A DNA stretch of 64,000 bases from Rhodosorus marinus CCMP1338 (taxonomy: Eukaryota > Plantae > Rhodophyta): the NCBI GenBank assembly GCA_029953675.1, contig JAMWBK010000005.1:310001-374000 (forward strand), written 5' to 3'. The notes under the pieces were generated by a model that saw only the letters and a program-made list of their open reading frames with translations, was not told where the DNA came from and did not search any database. Made by a program: the position numbers and the translations under genes. Shown one piece after another: positions 47,999-61,990 of the stretch (position 1 is its first letter; every line of letters begins with the position of its first letter).

Positions 47999-50900
47999 TC
48001 ATAGCTTTGAACTCCTTATCTCCAATTTCGCTGTCGTCTCTGCATGAACTTCATCTGGCCCGTCCGCGATCCTCAGGCTCCTCGCCTGAACCCACAAACG
48101 AGGCAAAACCTTGACATTGATTGCGCAGGCAGAGGAAACAGGTCATCAGGGAAACTTGAAAATCCGCATGGGTCATATGCGACCTAGGAGCAGTACCGTA
48201 TCTTGGCAAACCCCCATCCCTCCATGAGCCTGGATTGCTCCATCAATAACTTCACAAGCCATTCGTGGAGCAGCAAGCTTTATCATCGCAATCCATTTTC
48301 TCGCAGTCTTCGAGTCGTTCGCACCGCCGCTATTGTCTAGCTTCCTTGAAGCCTCAAGGCACAACAACCGCACCTGCAGCAAGACAGGACTCAATGAGAG
48401 AGCGGCTCTAAAGGGAACTTTCGGATAGCATCGTAGCGCAAACCTGTTCAATTTTCACGCGCGCGTCCGCAATGCTGTTGAGCATCATTCCATGCTTTGC
48501 GAGCTCTTTTCCGAATACTTTTCGCCCCTCTGCACGTTTAACCTGGAGCTCTAGGGCCCTTTCCGCCATTCCTATAAGTCTCATGCAATGATGAATCCGC
48601 CCAGGACCTAGGCGCCGCTGTGCCGCTTCAAAACCCTTTCCTGTTCCAGGTGCCCAAAGAGCAATGTGAGCTGCCACGCAGGTTCGAGTCCAACGAGTCC
48701 AACATACCTTGACCCAGGAGAAAGCTGTCCTTCAAGGGAATGTGAACATTTCTAAAGACCATTTCTGCGTGGCCATGTGGAGCGTCATCAAATCCGTAAA
48801 CGCTTAAGGGACGTTCCACTTTAACTCCTTCTGCGTCCATCGGAATTAGTACGATACTGTGGCGCCTGTGCCTCTCTGCTGCCGGGTCTGAAACTCCGAG
48901 AAACAGGCACAAGCGACATCTCGGGTCCATGGCACCCGACGTCCACCACTTACGACCGTCAATCTTCAACTGAGCTCCCGCAATCGTGATCGTACTCTCC
49001 AGATTTGTTGCATCAGATGAAGCAACTGAGAAAAGAACAGAGCAGACTCCTCAGCAATACAATGCAATGCTACCGTGAAAACTACGCGACCGCGGAATCA
49101 ATCAGACCTGATGGTAAACCTTGTAACCTTACCTTCAGGTTCGGTCATACCGAAACAAGACCGAATCGTGCCGTCAAGGAGGGGATCCAACCACAGTCGT
49201 TTCTGTTCTTCCGTTCCAAAACGTAGCAGGAGTTCCATGTTCCCCGTATCTGGAGCACTGCAGTTGAAGACCTGCGGTTGCAGCGACCAAAAAAAAAAAC
49301 GTTAGCGCGTGGTACAACCGCGTGCACAAGTTCAAGACCGGCGGGGGATGGAGTCGCCGACCTCTGGGCCTATCACTGACCGACCCATCACTGCTGCCAT
49401 TGGCGCGTATTCAGAATTTGTAAACTGTCCGCCAATTTCTTTTGGTATCCAAAGGTTCCAAAGTCCCGAGCCTTTTGCTTTCTCCTTCAGCTCCTCCATG
49501 GGTGGCCAAACTTCCCACCGCTGGTCAGAAGAAGCGTGAGCGAAGAATGATGCCTCCATGGGATAGACCTGGAAAGGAGACAACGACTAATCGCTAAGAA
49601 TGGCTTACGGGCCAAGCGCTTTTCACGTAGACAAGCGAGAAGTGGACCCACCTCTTCCGCCATGAAAGCTTCAACCTTGTTCAGGGTCAATTGCGCTTCG
49701 CTGAGGCTTGCTTCGTCGGCGATGCGCATGCCAAGATCGGCAAACAACTTGACCAAGTTTTGAGTATCCAATGCGTTCTCCGATGCTGCGTTCCCATTCA
49801 ACGCTCTCCTGTACACGCCTTGAAGGATTGACGCGTTCCGGAAGGCGCAGAAAGCAAGGAATACTGGCCACACAGTTCTCGCGTCAACCATGGCGAGTTC
49901 TTCGTACTGCGCTACAAGTTCGTCCTCGGATGGTATTCCGTGGCCTCTCAAGTCACCTCGCACGGGTGATGAAAAACCTGATGAAAGATGGGCTGCAGTC
50001 CTCAGTACGAGGATTCGAGCGGCCGGTCCAGTTTCCTCTTCCTGAAGAGTTGACTGACCTGGAACAACCCCACTAGCCTCAGCAGGTATCCGATAGCAGA
50101 GTAACGACGTTGCAAGATCGGCGATGGGATTGCCAATCGTTGCCAACTCCCAGTCAATAACTGCTAGCACTCTGGGTTCCCATGGATGAAAAATAAGGTT
50201 GTCCAGTCGATAGTCACCATGAACAAGGCACGATTGGTTGTTATCTCCAAGACTTGCATTGGCCTCCAACCACTTTGAAAGGCTGAGTAGAACAAGAGCA
50301 AACTATATGCATTAAATTCACGCAACAGACAAGCAGCTATGTTGCGAGAAAATCTCGGAGGTGCACGATCGAAGGGCGAGTTTCGAATTGCGCACTTACC
50401 TTTCAACTCTTGGAAGTTCTGTTGTCTTGGATGCCTCATACTGTCGTCCCCATCGGCTAACCTGCCTTGATAGATAATTTTCACGGTAACGAGAGATTGA
50501 ATCCAAGCCGAGTGCGTGCAAGTCAACAGCGTGAAGTTCGGTCAGGACTCGAATCATTTCACGGTAAATTGCTGAGCGCTCCTTGACACTGATGCCTGGA
50601 AGATCCGGATCGCTCAGAACTCTTCCCTCGACGTATTCCATGATGAAGAATTTGGATCCAATTACAGAATCATCTTCACAGAACGCGTACATGATTGGAA
50701 CCGGTACCTTTCATCGAACGTGATGGAGATGCGCGGGTTAAGCTTTTCAACTACTGAGGAGTACACATCGAACGCGAAAACTTCCGTGATTCGTCAAGGA
50801 TTTTTCGTGTTTAACCCACCCTCGTGTAACGCAAAGCGTTCATAATCTTGTACTCCCTACCGATATCGTGAGCAGACGGTAGTAACTGACCAGGAGGCTG

Positions 50901-51122
50901 TCTCCTCAAAACCAGAGCATTTTTTAAACCAACGTGCCGAATGAGATATGTAGGATTCGATTGTCCATGAGCAAACGTCTTCACTTCAGCGCCTTCAAAC
51001 TCTACCGGGGGAAGAGACGAGACTCCAATTTGATCCGAACATCTCTGCCCTTGCAGCCAGTGAAAAACACTGGATACATCCAGGGTCGCCCAGGAACCAG
51101 CTCTTATGGACGTTACTTCCAT
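47999..51122 (-). CDS. ACAD11: Acyl-CoA dehydrogenase 10/11 (APH kinase-like + ACAD; plant IBR3 type), multi-exon
   Basis: [97 protein letters not shown] and [11 protein letters not shown]-terminus SSKL* ends in a PTS1 signal. Confidence 0.92.
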
Positions 51123-51319
51123 AATTCCGGTTTTCTAGTTCTAGATTCTATCCATTTCGGTTCATCCACGAGCCCCAAATCTCCCCAATCACACAGTCCA
51201 TTCTCATCCGCATCTCCCCGACGCTCCTCAGCCTGAGCTTTTCATCCGATGTACACCAAATCTCGTCAGAATTTTCCTCGTCTAATGGTACTCGGTTCAA
51301 TTCCAGATGATGGCTGCGC

Positions 51320-51873
51320 ATGCACTACTTTTCTTTACTGTTTGGTAATGTCGACGTGAAGAATCTGGCATCTTATCACGACTTGCTGTCTCAATTTGTT
51401 CACCTATTTGGGTAGATAAGTAATTATCTTCTATCGATTGCTTCTTTGCTGTGCACAGACAACGCCCAACGGCGCAATGCAGTATCCTTTCCAGTCAGAT
51501 TCACGGTGCTTGCAAAGAGTCATCACGTTCTAGCTCCCATGATATGCTAGGTTGGAAAAAGCTTGTCAGATCTCTCTTACATCTAAGCTTGTATAATGTA
51601 TTGCGGGGTCTTGGAGACGAACTTGATCGTACGCCCGACCTCGCCCTATCCGAAGTGACCTGGTGAGGGATTTGTCCCGAACCGTGCAGAAGAGATTGAT
51701 GGATTTCCTCTGCTGTTGGAGCAAGGCAAACCAACAGCGTAGGATAGGTGTGATGTTGGATGCGACTGCTAGTATTTGTTCTACAAACTCATACTCTGAG
51801 GTGGAAGGATTCCGCACATCTGCGGAGAGGAGAGCGAGGATTACGAATTCGATCAGATTGCTTTGAAGCGTGA
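51320..51873 (+). CDS. Possible 3-exon hypothetical protein divergent from ACAD
   Basis: MHYFSLLFGN..FVHLFG joins in phase through GT-AG to the open exon QRPTAQ..LSEVTW, which ends at a GTGAGG donor. No homology recognised. Confidence 0.25.
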
Positions 51874-51949
51874 GTGGATTCTGGCTTCATTCAAACAGAA
51901 GAGGACTGTGTTGGATTTGGGGATGTGTGTTAAGGAAAAGTCCCACCAG

Positions 51950-52198
51950 ATGAGTTCTTTCGGTCCGTCGCATCGGCAAAACATTCTGATTTTGTACAGA
52001 CGTTTCCTCAGAGAGGTTCGGAGCAAAGAAACCTATGACGCTAAGAAAATGCGAGAGTATGTCAAAGGGGAGTTCAAGGACAAGATGGGATCAACGGATC
52101 CTACGTTCGTTGACTTGGAGGTAAACTTAGCTCTGCGCACATTGGAAAGCCTGAGGTCTAGCCATGCACACGGGTTTAACGTCTTCCTGGTGAAGTAG
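51950..52198 (+). CDS. LYR-motif mitochondrial protein, SDHAF1/Sdh6-like
   Basis: RQNILILYRRFLREVR..MREYVKGEFK: LYR motif plus the downstream Phe, ~82 aa. Confidence 0.72.
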   Translation: MSSFGPSHRQNILILYRRFLREVRSKETYDAKKMREYVKGEFKDKMGSTDPTFVDLEVNLALRTLESLRSSHAHGFNVFLVK

Positions 52199-53776
52199 AT
52201 GAGTTCGATTTTGGGGGCGAGCAGATCCCGCTCAGATTGTTCATTGTAGTATAAATCGTGGATTCCTACCACTTGAACTCGCGGAAAACAAAAGATCAAC
52301 AACTCGCAACTCGTAGGAGACGTTCATGGGTTTTTGAGATGTCGTTCCTGGCATGTGTGCGCTTGGATGCGAGTGAATATCTCGTTAGACATCTATGTAA
52401 ATAGCTCAAGTACTGCTTCTATTAGAGGTTAGCTGTACCTATCTGGTAAAATTGTCATGCCAATCTCACCACTTTCTTCAGAATACTTTTAGAAGAGAAG
52501 TCATCGCGAGCCACAATAGACGTTTTGCGGTATGACATGTGCGGCTCTCGCGCAGTAGATCTGTACCTACTGGAGGGGTTGGGTTGCGTTCACATCAAGT
52601 AGCCCTATGACATTTTCACAACTGCCTGCCCATTAGGTGAAGCCCGATGCTTATCTATCTGACCCAAAGGGGGACGGGGGACTCCATTTTTATGTTGTAC
52701 CCTGTGAGTTCCAAACAGAAGCACATGACAGTCTGTCCTTACAAGAATAGCATGTACTCTATTCATCCAATAATCATTCCGTAAATCGTCATAAGGCGCT
52801 CTTATTCCCCCTAATACTTTTTAATTGGTTAGATTATCGATCCAAGCGCTAATCAGATATATAATTGGCCAAACGCTGGTCACGAAAACACCACAAAAAA
52901 AAACATCACCAAGGCATTTCACAGGAGATAATTTCTGCTATGTTGTACACCAAGCTAAAAATAAGAACCAAACGACATCAACTTGTTGTTCATTATTGAC
53001 CTATCCCATCGATAATATCCTTATAACTCAATCAAATAATATAGTTCAATTTTTATGAAATATCATATCACGACAATAATGATTGAAAAATACCGTAATA
53101 TATGTTGATCATACTGCTTATCTTTATCCATTATTTGCGGTTCCCGCAATAACGTTCAGGTGAGAGTCATTTCTCCATTGACCGTTTTGGTTTGTAAATG
53201 CATTTGGTTGTCCTCGTCAAGTTGTTAGAGAGCAGGGTGATGTCACGCTGCTGATTCTATAAGCAGAGGCTGAGTTCGGAGTCTTTCCATAGTGAAGACG
53301 ATCAATACTAGCTTTACTGCTAAACGAAAAGGCGGGATTGCGTATACAACATGAAGCATAGATCCTTAGTTACCCTCACCCAATTTTAGAGCCACAGCAG
53401 CTTCGGGTAAAGGGGACCAACTGGTCCCCTGCCAGGGGATCTCCGGCTCCCGGAAAGGACTGTCTTTAGGGGAGAGAGAATTATAAACATTACGATCTCC
53501 ACTGAGAATCAAGTTCATCCGCTACTAGAGCCTAGCGGACTCTGTTCGAGAGCTGTCCTCAGTTGTTTCCGCGCTCTGAACGCATGCTCGATCGGTCTGT
53601 ACGCCCGCGGGTTGAAATTTGCATGCGAGTTCCCTACTACTTAGCTGACAGGTCCGCAGCTTACGCTGGTTGAGGAGGGGAAGGGGAAGTGACAGGAGAT
53701 CACTGGATCAGGGTGTTTGGAAGATGGAATAACGGATAATGTTTGTTGAAGTCCAAAAGGAGGCTTGTAGAAGAGA

Positions 53777-56533
53777 ATGAACGCGATGGACGGTAGTTCA
53801 ATGGCTAGCGTGGATACAAGCCAAGTAGAGTCTGAGAAGCTGGGTGGGGCGGTGGTGGATTTGAGCCGTGACAGCGGCAATGCAGACAATGGAAAAGATG
53901 ATTCAAGTGACGAGGACGGTTGGGATGACATCGGGCAGCTTTATCAGAAAGTGGATGTTCATAGTTTTGACCTACGAAGTCTAAACCTATCTTTTAAGGT
54001 AGGCCACGGATGATGAATGTATAGCAGTCCATTAGTTGGGCCAGCAACTTTCGCGCCCGGGAGTTCGAAATTTAACACTGTTTGTTTATTTGTCTCCTGT
54101 TACTCAGGATGCAGCTTTCGAGGTTAAGCAGAGAGGGGTGCTACTCAAACCCATCTCCGGGGTCTTCCGCGGAGGTCAGCTAGTAGCTATGATGGGCCCC
54201 AGTGGATCTGGAAAGACCACTCTGCTTACCATGCTCGCACACAAGAAGACGACGCCGTACACTGGAGAGTTTCATTTGAATGGTCGTGAAATTGATCCCA
54301 AACTATTTCCCAGGTTCACTGGATATGTTCCCCAGGAGGAGCATTTAGATGGTGACATGACTGTTCGGGAGGCGCTTTACTTTTACGTCATGCTGAAGAA
54401 GTAAGCAATAGAGGTCCCCAAACTTGACTTTTCTTTGCAAGGCTCTGAGCAAGTCACCGTGCTGTACGTGATCAAATCCTTAGCACGAAAATGACTCCAG
54501 AAGATGGACACCAGCGAGTGGAAATCCTGCTGAAGCAAATGCAGTTGGAAGCAGCTGCCGACACTTGCATTGGAACTGAGAATCGAAGGGGAATCTCCGG
54601 AGGCCAAAAAAGGCGCGTCAACATCGCGAAGTCCTTTGCCAACATTCCTCCCATCCTCTTCCTCGATGGTGAGTTACTCGCACCTCTTCGCTTCGCTTGG
54701 GCTGATTCTTCAACTGAGTCCTTTGCGCTCGTGGGGATCTTGTACGATGAACTTACTTTTCCTCCTCTTGCGTCAAACCCAGAACCTACTAGTGGTCTCT
54801 CATCCACTGACTCGATGACCGTCGTGCAGTGCCTTCGAAACTTTGCGAACAGGCTCAACATTCTCATCGTCTGTGTAATCCATCAGCCGAGGCACTCCGT
54901 TTTCCAGCTCTTCGACCTCCTGCTGCTTTTGAGTAGCAACGGGCGATGCGTTTATCAAGGTCCCGTAAACGAAGTAGTCGACTACTTTGCGAAAATGGGC
55001 AGACCGATACCGGCTTTTGAAAACCCTCCAGGTAATGCACTTTGGCCAATCGTTTCTGGGGACGCATGAGTTCCACTCTTGGTTTGCGAATGAGGTCGCC
55101 CCGTGCTCGTTAATCCCTGAGCAATCGGAAACTTTTCGGAATGCGCTCAACTCGATACTTCAACGAAGGGCCGATGCCCTCTCATGCTCAATTTGTGAAC
55201 TGATTTCGAAATTACTATTGCTTGTTTCTTGGCTTATATAGATTTCATGCTGGATGTTGTTACCAGCACGAGTTTACAAGATGTGGAAGAGGGGAAAGAC
55301 GATGCCGCACACTTCGCCGATGAGTACGATGAAGCGGTCAAGCCGCTTATTGAGAAGGAGATCTCAGAAATCCCGAAAGGACCGACTTTAGATCAAGTTT
55401 TCCACATCCGGGAGAAGAAACTTTTCCAAAGGGAGGCCTTCAGCAGAAGCATGGGCTTCCAGACACAGCTTCTGCTTAGTTTCCAACTCAAGCTGCGATT
55501 GAGAAACTGGACTGAAATTGTGAGGCGGCTGGTTTTATACGTCATTATCGGATTGCTTCTGGGTGCCGTCTTCTTCCGCACGAATGCATCACAGCAGCTT
55601 TCCTTCAACCGAATTTTGTCCATGTGGGTAGTCATCGGATTTGCTGCAATCTTTACGATGGAGGCACTTCCAAAACTAATGGTATGTTGACCAACACTGC
55701 GATACCGTTCGTGTTTTGTTCGTTTTCTGAAGAGTGGACTTCACTTTCCCTCTGTAGGCTGACAGGACCATATACAAATACGACCGCAAGGATGGGATTT
55801 ACTCGACTCTGCCGTATCTGACGGCGCTGTCTGTTACTCTGTTCATTGAGAACTCTATTTTAACTGTAGTCATGGGCTCAATTTCGTACTGGATGATCGG
55901 ATTCAGCGACAACGTCGGCGATTTCTTCTTCTTTCTTCTGTTTTTGGTAGCTGTTTACTGGGTCACAGAGGGTGTTATGCTGCTCCTCGCGAGTTCATGC
56001 GCGGATGCTGCTCAAGCCAATGGGTATTGCTCGTCGATTTAATGGAGGCTGTAGCTCATAATGAGTTTGATTTTCCCAAATAGTGGCTCAGCGTCTGCTT
56101 TGTTTTTACGTTTATGATTTGCGGCAGGCTTACGGTCGCCGTGCTAGGAGTCCTCTTGGTCTTCTCCGGTCTCGTTGTCAACCCCGGCTCATCGCCTGCC
56201 TGGTTGAGTTGGCTGTGCTGGATTTCTCCGTACTGGTATGCATTCCAGTCCATTATGGTCATTCTTTTTAAGCCGCCATACGAGTTCCCCCCAGAAGACA
56301 ACTTCGAATCTGCGGAGGAAGTCTGGGCCGCTTACGGAGTTAATACGGAGCTCCTGTGGTGGAATTTGTTGATCGTCAGTAAGCCTCCTACCAAGCTCCC
56401 TATCTCGCCGCTTTCGCTGTTGCCTCGAAAATATAGCTAATCGAAGCGTTCAACACTTTCAGTCGCTTGGGCGATTCTTTACAGAGCTTGCGTCGTTGCT
56501 CTGCTTCGATACGCGCATAACCCAAAGATCTAG
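53777..56533 (+). CDS. ABCG (White-like) half transporter, multi-exon
   Basis: Walker A GPSGSGKTTLL, Q-loop GYVPQEE, signature ISGGQKRRVNIA, Walker B ILFLD/E, H-loop VIHQPR, followed by an ABC2 membrane domain. Confidence 0.93.
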
Positions 56534-57648
56534 GAATGCAGCTTTTCTTATGTGCTCGTGAGACTGGATATCTCCGAACCTCACCAGAGCTAGTCCTGTG
56601 ACAGTGCTGGTCTCCACGTACAGGATCGAAAGTCTTTCGTAAGGAGAGACTGAAGGTATACGGGATAGATCATTGTACGCGGGGAAGCTCCTGCCAAACG
56701 AGAAATCCGCGTGACCAGTAAAAACGTTTGGACTATTTGATACGCGAAAAAGCTTGGTTCTTAGCCCGCTTAGTCTTGAGGCCCGCATGGGGCGTGTTTT
56801 ATTTGATCACGCGTTCAGGGTAATACGGAGTTCAGGACCTTGGTGGACGTGAAGGAGATCAGAAAAAATGCAAGCATAGCAGTGTTGCGTTCTACAGCCA
56901 TGTTGAAGTCACTCGCCAGGTAGAGATTGAGAATCGGAATTACAGCGCCGCAGCCTGCCCTATTCTCCGCCACCTCTCCCCCGCTCTGAACACGATGCTT
57001 ACAAGCTCCCTGGACCTACTGTTAGAAGGGAACAAACGTTCGAGGATCACCTGCACTGTGCACCAAGCAAAGAACGTGCCTCCAGCACAAGCGCGGCGTT
57101 ACAACGCCAAAGAGTTAGGCTCGAGGAAGCGAAAAGTTAAGAAAGTGCCTTCAGGGCGTTCTCGGAAGCACTCACACAGCTAAACAACCCAGGTACTCCG
57201 AAGACTCCACTCACTAACACACAGTAAACCGAAAACGGAAAAGCCGATAGAGTATTGGCCAGAATTGAAGCTTCAGGGTTAGTTAACGACTCTTCGAAGA
57301 TCATTTCGTACTAAAGTACTTTAGTACGAAACTTTCCATTATCGTCGATTCCATGCATTTTAAGCTGGAAAATGTAAAATGAATTGTGTATTAATTTAGA
57401 TGATTTTGTTTTCGGGCTTTGCTCAAGAACAGAACGGCTCTGGACATTGAGGGTGAAGAAGGCGTGGGGGATGGGAGTATTGGTGGTTTGTATAAGAGGA
57501 ATGGTATGGTTTGTATAGTAGTAGAAGAACCGATAGATATATATACATTACAACAAGGAAAGGAACAGAAATTTGAATCAGCCTGGATCCTCCTAAACGA
57601 GTACGTGAGGAGGTTCTTCGCGAGGTTGCCGGATTGCAGAGACGGAAG

Positions 57649-60088
57649 ATGACGGGGATAGATTCTGAGGATACAAAGACAGACGATGAAGACGGGTTTC
57701 TCAATGTTTCAAAGACTAAAGCATTGGAGGAGGAGGAGAGGAGGAGGGAGTTTGATGTGATTTTGAAGAAGCCCCTCTCTCACTGGTGGGTGGCTTTTAT
57801 ACGGGTAGTTTGCTTCGATTGCACGGTTTGATACTCATCTTGGAGTCCCGTTGTTTGTTCCAGGAGTGGGGTTGATAGTGGAGTAGAACTGAAGGAAGCA
57901 TTATCTGCGCTGCTGTTTGGATTGAGATCCTCAACCCCTGATTCATTGGGCGATGGTACACCAGGAAAGCAAGCTCCCGACAGGTCATCACGACCATTGT
58001 CCGCAGTCAGCATTTCGTATCAAAACTTTGCTGCTCCCGAAGATGATCAGCAGTATGAGAGACGATCTGAATTCATACCGCTTCGTATATCGGACGAAGA
58101 GAGATCGCTCCTAGCAACTGTGGAGGCAGCACTCGACGTCAGCGATTACACTGACAAGGTCGATATCCTGATCTTTTCCAATGCAAAGGTGGGGGGTCAA
58201 ACCAGTTTCCACACTTTGATGATTCATTTTGACCGGAAACGACAGCAACATCGTCCTAAAAGAGAGAATTCAAAGTTACGGCACTCTGTTCCGAGTTCTG
58301 AAGGGGAACTTCTCTTTTCCGTCGTAACGCTCGTTGAAACAGATGCGAGAGATCATTCGGACTCAGATCATGGACTTCTTGTCCATAGTATCAGGACTAC
58401 TGATCTCCAACAACTTTGCAAAAGGGAAGAAGGTGCTTTCATCCGGAGACTTTGCCGACCATGCTGAGCTTTTTCAGGTGGGTAGCAGCAGCTGTCGTTG
58501 CGAGAGGACAGTCGTTCGGACCCACAAGTCTGTACATCTTGAGCACAGATATGTTTCTTGGGCTAAACTGTCGTAACCCGTTTGATGCGTTTAGACAGTA
58601 TTTGAGCTCGCAAGGAGACAAAAGATCTCGAATCCAGAGAAACTGAGAACAGAGTACGGGAAGATGATCTATCTTCTTCAGGATTCTCAGAATCGCGATA
58701 TGGTCAAGGAGCTCAAGTTTTCTCTGATGAAGCCTCTTGAGACCGTGCGCACGTTCCTGGAGGAAAGAGGGTGCTTGGAACTGCTTGGAGATCCGGAGCT
58801 AGAAATGGCCACCCGGGACATTTCCACGGTTTCTAAGAATCGCGAGAATATTGCCTGGGAGTTGGGTCAGAAGGCAAGATGCAGGGATGCCATTGTTAAG
58901 AGGTGGGCCGGAAAGGGTAGCGCTACTCCTGCGCTCTCGGAAAGCGAAATTGTCCGAGTCCTCGAGTCTATCGGAGACAGTAACAGCTTCCTGCGAAGCG
59001 TGAGGGACCCATGTGACGAAATGATAGCGTGAGAAATTTTTCTGAGTCAGATTGCAAACAATCGTCTGCACAGGCGTTCGAGTCGAACTTAGTCGGCTTC
59101 CTTTGCCCTCTGTCAACAGGTACTTGAAAAAGTACTTCAAGAAAGACGAAGCGCCGGAGAAACCCTGCAGTTTGTCGATTGCGTATGGCCGAGGCGGGGC
59201 CCGACTTACGCACACGCACAAACAGCAGTACAACTATGTTCTGCAGAGTCTTTTAATGTGGCGAGAGGTTGCCAGCGATATGTAAGTTCTGCTCAGCGCG
59301 TGAATCAGAGCAACAGGACCGCATTGGGCAAACTCTGAAGAACAAATCGTACCGGAAAACCTGTGCGTTTCTGCCCGCAGGTATAAGCTATGGTATTTGG
59401 CGGAGAAGGATCTGCTGAGCGCAGATCATCAATACTCCCTTCGGAGTTCGCTACAGGGTCTGTGTAGGATTCAATCAGCTCCCAACGTATCCAAGGCAAT
59501 GAAGGAGATCCTCTCCAGGGTGAAGACTAAGACATCCTCATGGGTGGGCTCGTGGGTTGTGCACCTTGGCGATCACAACGTTCCGAATGCGTTCATATTT
59601 ATTGACAAGTACAATCAAGTGCGTCAAATTCAGCACAAAGCTTACAAAAGCATGAAGCAATGCTTTGAGCTAACGTTCAAGGGGCTTTCTCACTGAATGC
59701 GAAAATAGATTGGGAGAATATTAACTCCTATTGTCCATACAATTCGAAAGCTCGACGAGATCGGCCACGACGACGATAATCTTCGCGCTTACATTAAGGA
59801 CAACTACCGTGATACTGAGACGGCTAAAAGGTAGGTATATATGACTTTTCGCGACGAAGGAATCGAAACATGTGTTGACCGGATATGTCGTCATCATCCA
59901 GGTTGATCCTGAAAGACTTTTTCCGTCACGGCTTTGATGGGTCCGGCGCTGACAACTTTTACGATGCCGGAAGCTGTATTGATGGCCGGCTAACGAGCGC
60001 CTGGAATTGGTGCAGCTTGATAGAAAAGAAATCCTACTTCAGTCTTTTCCTGCTAACCGGGTTTACCGGCTTCGACGGTCGATTCTAA
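57649..60088 (+). CDS. UPF0652 / DUF2009 family protein, multi-exon; start approximate
   Basis: FIPLRISDEER..EAALDVSDYTDKVD, KLRTEYGKMIYLLQD, YNYVLQSL..WRE, VHLGDHNVPNAFIFIDKYNQV and FDGSGADNFYDAGSCIDGRLTSAWNWCS. Confidence 0.88.
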
Positions 60089-60454
60089 ATGAACCAAGGA
60101 AGTCGTCCTCACATAAGTGCGCGGTAGCAGATGTGCGGAACCTTCCTAGGCCGCCTTTGGGGAATGCCGTCTCGGTCCATCGTTTGGGTTCGGTTTTTCG
60201 CTTGGTTCTCTTGATGTGCTCCCGCGCTTGGTTCGATAAACTTGATTTAAAAGGTTTATGTCTAATCTGCACTAGTTAGTTCACAATCGTTGCGCCACCT
60301 TTTGGAGGCCTAGCTAAAGCGCTTTGATCGAATTTTAGGCTGTCAGTAGTCGCATACGCATCTCTCCCTCACCGGACAATATGAGAACACTGTGCAAGTA
60401 TCCGCGAAGTAGTCGGCCTCCAGAGAGGCAGCATGAGAGGAGATGCGAGATGCG

Positions 60455-60988
60455 CTAGCGTTTGTTGAAGCCATATTTCTTCCTCTCATAGAAGAGGTCT
60501 GTCTTTGCGCTTCCCAGATTAATGATCTTCGGACAACCATCTCGATCCTTTTCAAGAATCGTACATTCAGTGCAGTAAAAGGCGTCAGAGATACCGCTAC
60601 CTCCACAAATAACGCATCGCCCCTAGACAAACGAGAATGAACATCGACAAAACGCCGGTCGTTAGCTGTGCACCAGTGCGTAACTCTCCGCTCTGGTGAG
60701 CGGTTCTTACCTGATACGATCCATAGTTACATTCATCACATATTCTGACCTTTGTCTTTGGTCGTACCAAAGAATCGCAGATCACGCATTTACCGTCACC
60801 TAGGAAATACGTAAGGGAAGCAGAGAAATCAAACAAAAACCGTTGGTTAGCATTTTCATCCAGTCCGCCATACTCGCTCGTTTCACATCCCATTCCCGAG
60901 AACCCCACTTACATTTCTCACACAACCTGCCTATCGCAATACCAGGCTGCTTACGGCACATGATCAAATCGGGATGATGCTTGGCCAT
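60455..60988 (-). CDS. PHF5A: PHD-finger-like SF3b subunit PHF5A / Rds3, 3 exons
   Basis: [72 protein letters not shown]. Confidence 0.97.
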
Positions 60989-61990
60989 CCCCGATCAACG
61001 CGACCGCAAAAAAATAACTAAACCCCAAAACCCGAAACGCACAAAATCCCAGCGACAACCAAAGTAAACCAACCCAACCAGATAAATACAAACAAGACGA
61101 AACAATTAACACAGTAAATAAGCACCTCCAAATTAAAAAAAAAACACGAGGTCTCAAGAAGTTCACAGCATCTTTAACAGCACAGGTCCTCCTCCCCTCC
61201 CAATGCTCCCGCTCGATGTCCCACGCGTTGCTCTCCTTATATACCCCGCTTAGGGCAATAAGGACAGTCTGTCCTTAGGGTTTCTTTATTTAGTTCTCAA
61301 CCTAACCAAATTATATCCCTTAGTATTTAATTGTGTACTGCTCCCCTTGTTTCGTTCAATATTTCATGTTTCGAAGGTTCTGGCAGCACCTTCTAGAACT
61401 GAGTTTTCAAAGAAATATTGACGAAGCGCGATGTAGTTGGAGGAGACCGAACATATGCGGATATATTTACTTTATTTTGAAGTGAAAACATATAATAATG
61501 AGTAATTTTGGGGCCGCTATGAGTTTTTTATTCCTTGAAACGAACAGGATTGTATTTGAAATTTAAAATAAAATTAGATGACACTAGGAAAAGGACTAAT
61601 ATGTTCTTTTTCTTGGGAGCTCATTGTCTTAAATGGGAAGTTTATAGAGTGCCAGGTCCAGCCAGCTTTTTCCTCATGAAGGCCGGCTCTACTTATGTAA
61701 AGAGTCGTTAGAAAGGTGACCAGGTCATTCACAGGCGGAAGAAAATCTGAGCGAAAAAGAGCACGTCTGAAAGCATAAAAAGACGCCGTTGGTCAAAACC
61801 CCTTTCCCCCAATCGCTCAGGAGTTCTGAGGCTTTAGTGTAATCATTGAGTTGAGTTTCTCGTCTTTTTCTTGGGTAGATTGTATCGCGATCATCTTCCT
61901 TCTCGCAGGTTCCTATCGATGGAGAACAGCATCTGTACTTTTAGATTTTCAGATGCCCTTGGATGGTAAACTCAATGGAGGCTCCAAGTT

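Noticed and set aside
48675-48700. tRNA T-arm-like gcaggttcgagtcc
   Set aside because: The stem does not close and no D-arm or acceptor stem is present; it lies in an ACAD intron.
52033-52302. Minus-strand ORF overlapping the LYR gene
   Set aside because: Mostly antisense to a real CDS, with no motif; an upstream exon chain could not be established.
53411-53430. Palindrome aggggacca-ac-tggtcccct
   Set aside because: A 9-bp arm is within chance expectation for 64 kb when several spacer lengths are allowed.
56459-57304. Possible small minus-strand gene(s) convergent on the ABCG 3' end
   Set aside because: Only short ORFs and ambiguous splice joins; no recognisable product.
61259-61277. Palindrome taaggacag-t-ctgtcctta, sharing a 15-mer with 52727-52741
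   Set aside because: Both a 9-bp arm and one shared 15-mer are expected by chance in a window this size.
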